DNA from: Bacteroidota bacterium
GTDB taxonomy: Bacteria; Bacteroidota; Bacteroidia; AKYH767-A; OLB10
Assembly (NCBI GenBank): GCA_016717725.1
Contig: JADKFA010000001.1
Location: 200,437 to 264,436, forward strand
Direction: 5' to 3'
DNA: 64,000 nucleotides
Below the pieces are notes generated by a model that was not told where the DNA came from, ran no database searches, and saw only the letters and a program-made list of their open reading frames with translations. Shown piece after piece: positions 9,221 to 21,600 of the stretch; the first letter of the stretch is position 1; each line of letters begins with the position of its first letter. Position numbers and translations under genes: made by a program.

Positions 9221-10981
9221 ATGAAAAAAACACTACTAACCCTTTTAATGTTCTTCATTGCGATTTATTCCAATGCACAAAACTGCCCATCGCCATCAGC
9301 ACAAATTGATCTTGATGTTAACAATGTCAGAGCAAAAATATTGAATGGCGGCGACCTTTGGTGGAACCCAACCACTCAGATAAATACTTATGAGGTTCCT
9401 ATAGGAAGTTCAAAAAACGCTCTTTTTTGTGGCAGCATTTGGATAGGTGGTTTTGATGCTAGTAATCAACTTTTGACGGCGGCTCAAACGTATAGACAAG
9501 CTGGTGCAAACGATTTTTGGGCTGGACCTATTAGTGTTGCTCCAGGATCAGGGAATCTTTCTATCGCTCCTGCAACTTGCACTTTATACAACAACTTATT
9601 TGCGATTACAAAAGCAGAAATAAACACTTTTGTTACTTTCGGAATTGCATCTTCAGGTATCGTTAGTTGGCCAGGTAACGGTAATGTATCGGCAGGGCAA
9701 CTACCCTTTTTAGCCCCATTTTTTGATGCCAACAATGATGGAATATATAACCACACTTCTGGAGATTATCCTTATTTTAATTTGAGCGGCAATTATCCTG
9801 TGAATCAAACTACAGGTTTAACGGAATGCAATGATTATTTATTCGGAGATAAATCCATTTGGTGGGTATTCAATGATATTGGAAATGTAAAAACAGAAAC
9901 CAACAGCGGTCCGATCGGTTTGGAAATTCGTGCACAAGCTTTTGCTTATAGTGCTACCAATTCTGCTATTAACAATACTACTTTTTACAAATATCAAATC
10001 ATCAATCGCAGCAGCGGAACCTTATTTCAAACGCATCTTGGATCATGGGTTGATGCTGATTTGGGAAATGCTTCTGATGATTATGTTGGATGTGATGTTG
10101 GTCGCGATTTAGGCTATGTTTATAATGGAGATCCGGATGATGATGGAGGTGGAGGTTATGGAATAAACCCTCCTGCCTGTGGTCTTGATTTTTTGCAAGG
10201 ACCACTTGCTGATGCAAATGATGGCATCGATAATAATCACAATGGAATTACCGATGAGTTAGGAGAGGTTTGTTTAATGTCATCATTTATGTATTACAAT
10301 AATGTTAACGGCACACCAACTGGAAATCCCAATAACACACTTGACTATTATAATTACTTGAAATCAATTTGGATTGATGGTACTCCTGTAACTTATGGTG
10401 GAGATGGAAGAGGTTCTGGTACTGGAGCTACTACAACACCAACCACATTTATGTATCCCAATAATACGAATCCCTTATTTCCTACACCATGGACGATGGG
10501 CAATTCTGGTACCCAAGCGAACGACATGCGTTTTATTGTCAGTTCAGGCCCCTTCACCATGCAGCCTGGAGAAGTTTGTTATATGACTAATGCTGTAGTT
10601 TGGGCAAGAACAACTGTATCTGGCAATCCCTTACCGTCCGTTTCAGAATTACAAGCTGCATCCGATGTAGTTCAATTGTTTTTTGATAGTTGTTTTAAAT
10701 TCTCAGCAATAAGTGGTATTAATAATCATGAAGAAATTTCAGGAGTAAAGATTTCTCCTAATCCATTTAAAACAAGCTGTACTATTCATCTTGAACAGAC
10801 CAACCTAAAAAGTGCTGAAATTAGTTTGCATACAGTAGCCGGAAAACTAATCTCACTATCAAAATATAATCAAGTACCAGACGTCATCAACCTTGGCGAT
10901 GACCTAAAAGCCGGTGTTTATATTATCAACATTCGAGAAGGAAGTCGCATTTACGCTGAGAAAATTATCAAGTTAGAGTAA
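9221..10981 (+). CDS. Secreted hypothetical protein with an N-terminal signal peptide (MKKTLLTLLMFFIAIYSNAQ), Asp/Gly-rich Ca-binding-like segments and a C-terminal T9SS sorting domain.
   Basis: ORF track; signal peptide and C-terminal domain motif (KISPNPFKTSCTIHLEQ...GVYIINIREGSRIYAEKIIKLE). Confidence 0.7.
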   Translation: MKKTLLTLLMFFIAIYSNAQNCPSPSAQIDLDVNNVRAKILNGGDLWWNPTTQINTYEVPIGSSKNALFCGSIWIGGFDASNQLLTAAQTYRQAGANDFWAGPISVAPGSGNLSIAPATCTLYNNLFAITKAEINTFVTFGIASSGIVSWPGNGNVSAGQLPFLAPFFDANNDGIYNHTSGDYPYFNLSGNYPVNQTTGLTECNDYLFGDKSIWWVFNDIGNVKTETNSGPIGLEIRAQAFAYSATNSAINNTTFYKYQIINRSSGTLFQTHLGSWVDADLGNASDDYVGCDVGRDLGYVYNGDPDDDGGGGYGINPPACGLDFLQGPLADANDGIDNNHNGITDELGEVCLMSSFMYYNNVNGTPTGNPNNTLDYYNYLKSIWIDGTPVTYGGDGRGSGTGATTTPTTFMYPNNTNPLFPTPWTMGNSGTQANDMRFIVSSGPFTMQPGEVCYMTNAVVWARTTVSGNPLPSVSELQAASDVVQLFFDSCFKFSAISGINNHEEISGVKISPNPFKTSCTIHLEQTNLKSAEISLHTVAGKLISLSKYNQVPDVINLGDDLKAGVYIINIREGSRIYAEKIIKLE

Positions 10982-11004
10982 TCTAAATTAGTGTATTAAC
11001 AAGA

Positions 11005-11054
11005 ACAATTCCCGGATCGTAACATATCTTACATACTTCCGGGAATTGTTTTTA
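11005..11054 (+). terminator. Terminator hairpin caattcccgga-N21-tccgggaattg followed by TTTTT.
   Basis: 11-bp inverted repeat plus T run, 25 nt after the stop of the 9221..10981 gene. Confidence 0.7.
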
Positions 11055-11066
11055 TAAATTTGTAGG

Positions 11067-11925
11067 ATGAAGCCTGAGGTAAAAAAATATAATTAGCAGT
11101 TTCATTCCGGGTACACTATTCGTTGGACTTTTAAGTCTGATTAAGTATTATGAAGTTTCACAGCAGGTCAGCTTTTCTACGTATGGTGTTTTCCCACGGT
11201 CGTTAGATGCGATCACGGGTATTTTAACTTTTCCGTTAGTACACAAAGACTACGATCATCTTTTCTCCAATGCGGTACCGTTATTTGTCTTGATGGGCAT
11301 GTTAAACTATTTCTACAAGGACATGGCTGGCAAAGTATTTTTATATTTATGGGTCATTGGAGGTGCTTGGCTCTGGATAGGCGGTCGACCTTCGTTTCAT
11401 ATTGGAGCTAGCGGACTGGTTTATGGATTAGCATCCTTTATTTTTTTTAGCGGGATCTGGAGAAAGTGGAGAAGCATGTTAGCGGTGAGTATGATTATCG
11501 TTTTCCTTTATGGAAGTATGATATGGGGAATTTTTCCTTGGTTCAAAGAAACGAGTTGGGAAGGGCATTTGTTTGGTGGATTAGCTGGGCTATTATTATC
11601 ATGGGTGTATCGGAAAGAGGGTCCGCAAAGGCCGAAATTTGTTTGGGAAGATGAGATTGAGGATAATAAAATTTATGATGAAGAGGGGAATGAAATTGAT
11701 TTGAAAATTAATCAATTTGAAGATTTGAAAATGGAAGATGATTTGAAGATGGATCAATTTGAAAATTTGAAAATGAGTGATGACCTCACTTTTGAGGAAA
11801 CTGGTTTGAAAATAGTTGATAATTCTCCTAAAACAGAGACCCCTCCACAAATTTTATATACTTATGTGGAGAAGAACCCAAAATTGAACACGGATGACGC
11901 AGATGAAACGGATAAAATAGGATAA
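11067..11925 (+). CDS. Rhomboid-family intramembrane serine protease with a C-terminal acidic repeat tail (QFEDLKMEDDLKMDQFENLKMSDDL). The rhomboid frame (HxxxxHLxxN ... GASGLVYGL ... GHLFGGLAGLL) is open from 11086 with no ATG before 11293. An ATG at 11067 joins it if the A7 run at 11081-11087 is read as A6.
   Basis: Rhomboid motifs LVHKDYDHLFSNAVPLF, HIGASGLVYG and EGHLFGGLAG; manual frame analysis upstream of the 11290 ORF. Confidence 0.65.
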
Positions 11926-12042
11926 CTCATTGATGAATCAAATTTGTTTTAAGTCACAAAATTGATTTAACCTCAGTAATTTTAAGATTTAGAATAAATA
12001 CAAATACAATCAGTACATCAAAAATTATTATAAATTTGCCTT

Positions 12043-12444
12043 ATGAATAAAATAGAGCATATCGGTATTGCAGTAAAATCACTTTCTGAATCCAATGAAC
12101 TTTTCAAAAAATTATTCAATGTGCCACATTATAAAATTGAAGAGGTAGAATCGGAAGGGGTAAAAACTTCTTTTTTTCAAGTGGGTCCGAATAAGATTGA
12201 GTTATTGGAAGCTACTTCGCCTGATAGTCCGATTGCTAAATTCATCGATAAAAAAGGAGAAGGCATGCATCACATTGCCATTGATGTAGATGATATTTTA
12301 GCGGAGATGAAAAGACTGGAAGGAGAAGGATTTATTTTATTAAACAAAGAGCCCAAAGTGGGAGCGGATAATAAACTGATTTGTTTTTTACATCCGAAGA
12401 GTACGAATGGAGTTTTGGTGGAGTTGTGTCAGGAGAAGAAATAA
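12043..12444 (+). CDS. mce: Methylmalonyl-CoA epimerase (VOC/glyoxalase-fold), 133 aa.
   Basis: Length, and the N-terminal IEHIGIAVKSL plus central GMHHIAIDVDDI motifs typical of MCE. Confidence 0.75.
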   Translation: MNKIEHIGIAVKSLSESNELFKKLFNVPHYKIEEVESEGVKTSFFQVGPNKIELLEATSPDSPIAKFIDKKGEGMHHIAIDVDDILAEMKRLEGEGFILLNKEPKVGADNKLICFLHPKSTNGVLVELCQEKK

Positions 12445-12582
12445 TTTGAAAATGTTGCAATTTGAAGATTTGAAGATGGATAAATTTGATCCCGAAGTCT
12501 CGAGATTGATGATAGAACCCTAAATATTTTTCCTTTATTTTTCCCGATTGAATATCGCATAGCTAGGCAATAACCATATCTT

Positions 12583-14734
12583 TTAATCGTGTTGAATGAT
12601 CAATTTATTTAATAATGAAGTTTCGCCGAATGCTTTGAGGAAATAGCAACCATTTGGATAATTTAGTGTAGAGAAATTCAATACTGATTCGCCTTCTTTA
12701 ACATCAAATCTAGAAATCACTTGTCCTGTTAAATTCATTAGATCGATTTGGTGAATCTTGCTTGATGGAGGAATTGAAACAAAAACCATGTTGCTTGTTG
12801 GATTCGGGTAAATCAATAACTCTTGTTCCGAAACTTCATTTAATACAGTTGTCAACGACGAAATGGTAATACTAAAAGGGGAGGTGCAGTTCTCGACAGA
12901 ATCTGTAACTGTTGCAGAAAAATACAAGGAAGATGTAGATAAAGGAACGCTAATTTGAAATTGAGCATAGCCTGAAGCATCCGTTACAAAACCAACTGTA
13001 TCTAGAAATGTTTCTCCTTCGCCAAAACCTGAACTATCAGGAATTGAATTTGTAAATATTTCCGCGATGTATTTAGTTAGAGGCTGGCTACTTAGATGAC
13101 CGTACAAATTTCCATTTATTGATCCATAAACGACAGAATCAAGAACCGCAACAGGAATTACAGGGTTGGCGTATCCATTATTAAAATCTGTTGTTACAAT
13201 TCCTCTTAATCCATTTCCATAGATACTATTTCTTCTAAAATTAACACCGCGCATATTCCACATATAATTATCTACATTAATTCCTGATAACGAATTATTA
13301 TAAATAGAATTTTCATGAATTGAAATATTACTTATGTTATTCATTGCAGTAGAAAAACCTACTCCATTTATTATAATACCGCCAGAAATATTATTATAAA
13401 TTTCATTGCTTCGGATAAAAATATTAGAGACGGAACCAGAAATAGATGAAGGGCTTATCCCAAATTCAATTCCAGATAAATTTCCGTTACTAACAACATT
13501 ACTATCAATTGCAACATTCGAAACACTATAGCTAAAAAAACCTGTAGCATAAATATGTGTATAGATTCCAAAATTGCAATTATCTATTGTATTATTTTGA
13601 ACATATACTGTGTCCATGTCAACTTGACAATTACCAGTTCCACCCAATGAAAAATGAATTCCAATATTGCAAGACTGAATATTATTATTTTTTATAGACA
13701 ATTGATACAATTTCAAATTATCAACACCAGTACCTCCTACATTAATAAATATAGCCTCATTATTTAAATTAGAAATTTGGTTGTTAGAAATTTCAACATT
13801 AGCAATCTTGCTATCTAGTGAACCACCACCCAAATTGACTTGAATTGCTCGACTTGTATTAGAAGCACTAAACTGATTTCCTCGTACTGCTACATCATCA
13901 ATAGAAGTTCGAATCGAACCAACATTATTAATGAATATTGACAAATTTCCTATATTAATAAAACTATTGCTATCCAACTCAATATTACTACCAAAGCCAC
14001 CTAGCCCGACAATTAATGCAGTACCGAAATTTGAAAAAGAATTTCCAACAAAAGAAACCCCAGACCAGGGCAATGTATCAGATGGTATTACCTCAAATAC
14101 AACTGCAATTCCTAAACCACTAGTACCAATAAAAACATTATCCCTAAAAGAAAAATTAGAAGATTCAGAATATGATTGAATATACAATCCGTCCACTGAA
14201 TTCTCTATTCTATTATTACTAAAAATAAAATTATTAAATTTTCCATTATTAAGATTAACACATAACGTCCAATTAGTAAATTTGCTATTATGTATAGTTA
14301 CATTATTAAGCGAAGAACTGAATGACATTGGACTCAAATTAACCGCATTGCTATTGCCATTTCCAGTATCAAAATGAAGTCCACGCAAGGTGGTTCCCGA
14401 AGTTGTAATATTTAAGGCAGTCGGATTTGAAAGTACAAGTAACTTTAATCAAATTATTAGGGTACGAACTACCAGGCTGACTCAACCCATCTATCCAAAC
14501 AGTATCAATAATTGTTGGAAGCGTACTAGAAAGGGTAATATTCCAACTTCCTGCACCTGGCAAACTAAATAAAATAGTGTCTATTCCAGGAGATGCATTT
14601 GCATCTACAATTGATTGCCTCAAAGAACCAGGACCAATACCAGCCGTATTACTAACTACAAAACTAGAACTATAAAGCTTAATTGGAATGCTTAGTAAAA
14701 CAAAGCAAAAGATTAAAACAACATTACGTTTCAT
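12583..14734 (-). CDS. Right-handed parallel beta-helix repeat protein with a signal peptide (MKRNVVLIFCFVLLSIPIKLYSS) and a T9SS C-terminal domain. The two ORFs 14369..14734 and 12583..14388 are joined by a single frameshift near 14400-14430.
   Basis: Repetitive N/G/I-rich beta-helix rungs, a C-terminal domain (LLIYPNPTSNMVFVSI...GCYFLKAFGETSLLNKLIIQHD), overlapping ORFs in different frames and three-frame reading. Confidence 0.65.
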
Positions 14735-14944
14735 AAGAAGATCTGATTTAAAAGTTTAAATAATGAATCAAATCTAATAATAACTCTTCAAACCAACAAA
14801 CATTGAAAATTATTTAGGCCTAAAACTAATAAAATTTACAATTCGATTATATTTGACTTCACTCGAGATCTTTTTATAACTCTTCATTTTAAGTATTAAA
14901 ATGAATTCCCTTAGACTTCAAATACCGATTGCAAAATAGCTTTG

Positions 14945-15574
14945 TCAGATCAAGTTATCAAACTTCTCTTCAACCCTTTCTCCCCTTTCCACATTCAACA
15001 GCTCAGCGTGGAGACCAATTTTCAACGCGCCTTCAATATGTTGTTTGCTGTCATCAATGAACAACGTTTTAGTGCGGTTGAGGTTGTTGTCGGCTATTAC
15101 TTTTTCGAAGATTTCTGCATCGGGTTTACGCATGCCCATCTCACAAGACAAATAATACTTTTCAAAAATTTCGAGGAAATTATTTTTACCAAAAATATCA
15201 TCGGCCATTTTGGAAAATGCCTTTACATGAATATGATTGGTGTTGCTCAATAAAAAAATTCGATACTGCTGGCCTAATTTTTTAATGAACTCCACTCGGT
15301 GAACTGGAATGTCTAAAAGCATGGCATTCCATGCTTGATCGATTTCAAGGTCGCTTGTGTTTTTGGGGAGATGTTTTTTAAGTTCGGCTCTAAAACCATC
15401 TATCGACATGATACCCTTTTCAAAATCATCAAACAAATTACTTTGCTTCGCTTTGGAATAGATATCATCAAAATTTTCAAGTCCCAATTTTATGAATGCT
15501 TCTGCTGTGCGTTGATAACTAAGGTCGATGATAACACCTCCGAGGTCGAAGATGATGGCTTCATATTTTTGCAT
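14945..15574 (-). CDS. HAD-superfamily hydrolase (subfamily IA-like).
   Basis: Motif I AIIFDLGGVIIDL at the N-terminus; the size and layout are typical of HAD phosphatases. Confidence 0.7.
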   Translation of the reverse strand: MQKYEAIIFDLGGVIIDLSYQRTAEAFIKLGLENFDDIYSKAKQSNLFDDFEKGIMSIDGFRAELKKHLPKNTSDLEIDQAWNAMLLDIPVHRVEFIKKLGQQYRIFLLSNTNHIHVKAFSKMADDIFGKNNFLEIFEKYYLSCEMGMRKPDAEIFEKVIADNNLNRTKTLFIDDSKQHIEGALKIGLHAELLNVERGERVEEKFDNLI

Positions 15575-15687
15575 AACCCTGCAAAACTAAATAAAATCGA
15601 AACAAAAGAATCAATTCGACGATTCTTAATTAGCAGATCGAAGAGTTAATTAATCTAAAAAAACTAATTAACTCTTCGATTCACAAA

Positions 15688-18600
15688 CTAATACTTCAGC
15701 ATCTTCAAGACCTTACTTTCATTGTCACATCTCAATTCAATAAAATAAATTCCATTTGCAAAAGTCTCCGCAACTACTTCCACACGGTTACTACCGTAAT
15801 GTGGTATTAACTGAATTGGATTGCCTACTATTCTTCCGGAAAGATCCAGCACTCGAATCGACATTTTATCTGTGCCATTTCCCTTCCAATTAAATAAAAT
15901 GGTGCTTAACGATTTAGTTGGATTTGGAAACAAGCGAACTCCATCCATCAATGATAACTCTTCTACCGATGTATTTACAATGGTGATAGTTCCGCCATTG
16001 GTTGTAAACGGCATGGCAGTAGAAATAGGATCAAATGCTTGGTAGGGATTAATATTTACATTCACTGTGGGATTACCGCTATAACCTGCATTCACCACAA
16101 AACTCACATCCGCTACTTCTCCAAAGCCAGTTACGCCAGTTCCATCTTTTCGCGCCATGCTGATTGCAGCAACTCCAGTACTCTCATCCATATTTGCAAA
16201 TAAAATACAGTTGGTATCTGGACACATCCAATTGTTAACATACGTTACCACAAATGTGTTAGGCACAATTAAAGATGGTGGGATTTCTAATTTAAATCCA
16301 AGCGCACCAATATCATTCACCATTAATCCTGATGTACCTGCCATCAATTTTAAATGAACAGTATCACCACCCGTAAAAGTAGTTCCAACAGGAAATATAC
16401 TCAAATCGGGTCCAACAGAAATACTTTGTACTTGTGGGTTTGCAGCAGGGTGCGACATTCCATAATTATTAAAAATGGCGACGGTATCTAATAAATTAAT
16501 GAGTCCATCTCCATTACAATCTACATGATTCATGTTCGTTCCATTGCCTTGTTGTTTATTCCAAAGCAAGGAGGGCTGTGAAACCCATGCATCCGATAAA
16601 GTAGGACGAGAAGTATAGTACTTATTAAAGTTCAAACCAACTTGTAAAATATCAAAATTATCGACGCTCTTCGTACTGTCACAATCGCCTGGCCATACTG
16701 AAGACAATAGTGTAGCTACACTAAACTCATCAGCACCAATAGTTGGAGTTGTTACACTTCTAATCTCACCATCCATATCGGTAGTAATTCCAGCAAACGG
16801 AACTCCTGGCATTGCCACTGCATTCAGCAAATGCATATCAGACAACGTACGGAACGACGCCGTCACAGAATCTGATTGCAAGTCGAGACCTGAGAATGCT
16901 TTCCAAGTGCCTAAGTCATAATCAACATTGTCATTAATTATTTTGATGGGAACTCCGTTAGAAATATAACGATTATGATTCATTTCAATAAAATCTATTT
17001 CATCGTAAGAATCGATTGCAAAGGAGCTATTAGAACGAACGACATTATTATTGAAGCGGAAAGTAGGCGCATTCATACCTCCACCAATGGCAACTCCATT
17101 ACCAAAACTATTATGAATAATATCTAGATTCAGTCCAGAGAGAGTAGCGGACTCAAAGGGCAACCAGGAAGGTTGGTAACCGACGCTATTATTATAAACT
17201 AAACATGGTGATACTGTTTGACAATCACATCCAGTTAAATAGAGAGAAGCACCACCCCATACTTCGGAGCTGATCAAATTATTCTTCACTACAAAAGAAT
17301 CACATTGAAACATATGTAAACTTGTTCCTCCGGATCCTGCAGAAGAAATATATCGAATTTTATTTCCATCTCCCAACAATCGTTTCAACCCCGATAATTG
17401 GATCTCATTTGTTTGCCATAACTCGTTACGCAAAACAAAAACATCATATCCCCCAGTAGTTACATAATTCATTTCAATTCCAACTTCCCCTCCATCAATA
17501 AAATTGTCAGCAATTACCACATTATTCATAATTCCTACCATCACAATTGCTTGTGCTACACTACCCGCCGAATTGGATCGCTTTGGCGCATGTATAACAT
17601 TATTCAATATTCTTATTCTCGAACTTGCGTTAACAGAAATAGAAGCTCTGCATCCATGATCCAATTGCATGGCATCAAATGGAGCAGCAGAGGTATTCTG
17701 AATTGTCATATTTTCGAAACTACAATAATGCGCTCTGTTTAAACGAATCGTATTTCGGTAATAGTTTATATTATTAGCAGCGAAGTCAAGTACCACAGAT
17801 TCTTTAATTCCATTCGCCGATGTCCAAACGATGGAATCAGTAGAGGAAGAAAATGGAATTGAATCAACAGTAAGTTGTTCATAGTACGTACCAGGAACAA
17901 CAGCAATTTTAACAGGTTCGGAAACACCGCATCGCTTCAATGTTTTTGAAGAAGACATGAACGTATCAAAATAACAAGTGTCACATCCTAATGAATAAGT
18001 ACCACTTAATGGAGCAGAGCAAACAATTTGCGACAACTTTACAGTGTCGTTGCCTTGCTGATTATCGGTACTACCATTCACTTGATTTACCCAAACTTTA
18101 ACGTGATTATACGAGCGATTAAAATTATAGGCTGTCAATAAAATACTATCGGAAGCACCTGTACTTAAATTACCATTCCATGCAAAATTTTGAATCGCGT
18201 TATTGTTGATTTGATAACGAATATCCATTGCTGTTATTGGCAAGGATGCATTATTCATAATTTTTACGAATAGATTTCTATTGCTAGGTCCATTAATGGT
18301 GGTATCGCTAATGCTCAGTGAAAGGGCCGAAGCATCCAGGCTATTTGGATCATAAGCAGCGTAACAACTAGGCGAACAATTATTGTTCATAGACAAAGTA
18401 GAAACAATAAAGCTATACCCAACAGGGATTCCACCTTTAAACAACGAATGATAATTTCCACATACATCTTGACGGCTGTCGATGATTGGATAAAAATTAA
18501 CATTATCACCATATTGAAATGCTCCAGTAGCACTAAATCGTAACATGTATGAACCTATGGAAGCTGCTGGAGACACATTATAAGCTTGATTTAGTGCATC

Positions 18601-21600
18601 TACTAATAAAAATTTTGTGTTCATATATACACCTACAGAAACAGATCCATCTGCATTAGAACCCACCGAATTAAAAGTCATACTATCAGCATACACAATC
18701 CAATTTAAATTTCCATTGGGATTAAATGAAGCTAGATATTGATAATCATAAGTCGAGTTACTAAAAATATTTTCACCTGCTGAAGTAATTATTCGATCTT
18801 TCGTTTTACCGATGATGACATAGTTTCCATTTACATCTTCTACAAAATTTGTAATAAAACTTGGACTTCCATTCAACAAATTAACTGCAGAAGTGAATCC
18901 TTGTGATGCATTATATCTCGTCATAAAAATACTTTTTTGCTGACCGTTGCTGTTTGCAGGTAGATTATTCGACAAAGTTGCATTTCCAAATTTCATTATT
19001 TGTCCTGCTGTAGGTGTCGTGATCATACCACAAATTAACATATCGCCATTACTTGCTTTGCTTGCCATTAAATTTTGACGTAAGGTGTCTACATCAAAAA
19101 ACTGATTTACTAATGGCACATTCGCACGAAACGGAACGGGACCTGTTACACCTGCACTACCGGTTCCGCCGAATGCATCAAAATCAAGAATTTTTCCGGT
19201 ATCATCCCATTCCATTACAAAAGCATCACCTTTATTATTAACGGTAGGCGTATACGTAAATCCACCTTTGGGTGTTTGCATCATACATCCATCCCAAACG
19301 TTTCTACCTACTGCATACATTCTATTATTGATGGTAATAAGATCTGTAAATTCTGCTGCTGGGCTTTCGATCGCCCATTGAAACTTTCCTTTACGGTCAA
19401 GCTTAATAAGTGCATTCTTATTTCGAATATAATTTCCTTGAAAATCCCAATATGCATTCGCTACCATATGAGCAGAAATATATGTATTTCCCAATCGATC
19501 GTACGTTATACCCGTAGGCAATCCTTGCATTCCCGACGAGTTGGAAAGTTGCTGAAACGAATTAAAATGAACCCAATTTCCTGCAGAATCTAATTTCCCT
19601 ACAGTTGGAATAAATAAGAAATTAGAGGAAGAAGCATTATAATTCATAAAATAAAAATTATTATAATCATCCATTCTCACTTTCAACGTTAACAAGGAAC
19701 CCCCATTTGAGGTATCCAATTTACAAGTATCCATGGATGATGCTACAGGAACACCATAGATATATACAGGACGCTTGACAATTTTCTCACACGTATTATT
19801 CAATTTTGCGGTGATAATAATGGTATCCACCATTTGAGTATTGAATGATACAGGTGTTGGATTTGCGCCACTAAAACTTGCAGGAGTAGCATTGGGTCCA
19901 AAATCCCAATCCCAACTATTAAATCCACTACCGGAACTGGTGATAGCGATGGGTTGATTCACGGCTCCCATCAATGTACCAGGTAAAATATTTACGGAAG
20001 CAAACATGTAGGTAAGTAAGTAGGTACCTCCAATTTGTGAAGTACAACCATGCGAAATCAAACTAGCAATTACAGTATGATTTTTATTGCTGCTAATAGC
20101 AGGGACAGGAATTCCAATGGTACCACCATTCCCTTGGATCTTTATAAAACTTTGAGTTCCCAAATAATACTCCCATCCCGGTTGAGAGTTATAAACCAAC
20201 ATATACGTAGTATCACCTGTACAAACGGTATCGCGGTAATACGCCGCCGTTACATTCGTTGCAGGCTTACTAATAAAAATTGAATCAATAACTTCCAACG
20301 TATCATCGCCACATACATTAGTAATGATTCCCCTAATTTTATATGGCTTAACTATCGTTTGATTGGCAGCTGTTGAAAGTACAATACTATTTCCATTTCC
20401 CATAGTTCCAGTACCAACGGCTATGTTACCATCATACACTCGATAAAAAACATTAGGTTGACTATTTGGAATAGTAAAATGCCCAGTACCGCCAGTACAG
20501 ATGGTGTCACGAATTACAGAAAATGGTTGTGCTACTGGAATTGGTGAAATGAAAAATGAAGTAGAGGATGTATCTGAAAAGCCATTATTTGAAGCAATGA
20601 GAGAAAGCACAACATTGCCACCTGGACTCAATACTAAGGATGGAGAATGCAACGTGCTTACCACACTTCCGTTCATCAGCCATTGATAAGTCCATGCAGG
20701 ATCACCTAGATTGTTTGGCTGAAAGGTGCCGCCTTCGCAATTGTTTCCTCCTGTTAAATTAAAAGATGAAATTGGCATCGGTAAGCCACCACCGTTAGAT
20801 GTGATTGCTACATAACCGCTATCGCCAGCTACCATTCCATTATTTGCGTCATAGAAAGTGATATCGTTCACCCATTTCACATTCGGCATATTGAACTTTT
20901 CCCAATAGGTACCTCCTGTGATGGTGCGATACACTCCATCATAAGCACCAACATAAACAGTGTCGGGGCTAAAAGTAAAAATGGTGCGAATGTTATACGC
21001 TGGCAAATTCATGGACACCCAAGTAAGACCCCCATCGGTTGATTTTTTCAGTGTACCGAAACCTCCAGCATATCCCGTATTTGTACCACGCGCAAATGAA
21101 ATATTTTCGATATTAGTTTGAAGACTGAGTACGGATGTCCAGTTAGTACCATTGTTCGTAGAGCGATAAATATTGGACCCTGACACCGATACAAACGTAG
21201 AACCATTTACCCATGAAACATCTTCAAGTAAGGTTGTTGTTCCAGAAGTAACCGCTACCCATGTTGTACCGTTGTCAGAAGATTTATATGCACGTCCTGC
21301 ACCACCTACGGCGACACCATTTCCAGCCCCGTCAAAATCCATAGCACTAATGTATCGCGGAAGTGCGCCACTGTTTGTGTGGTAATTATGCGACCATGAA
21401 GCTCCGTTGTTAGAAGTTCCAAAAATGATCAAATCATTTCCTAGATAAAAATATCCCGACGAGATAGCAGAATTAGGTCCGGTCACATGAATATCTTCAA
21501 AGCTACCGATGATCTGCGAATTTCCCAGCGTTGAATTAATGCCAGTCACAAAATTAAAAGTGGAACCACTGTTTGAAGAACGATAAATTCCATTCCAGGT

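Noticed and set aside
12448-12519. Small ORF MLQFEDLKMDKFDPEVSRLMIEP after mce.
   Set aside because: It is too short and is explained as a duplicated fragment of the rhomboid C-terminal repeat region rather than an independent gene.
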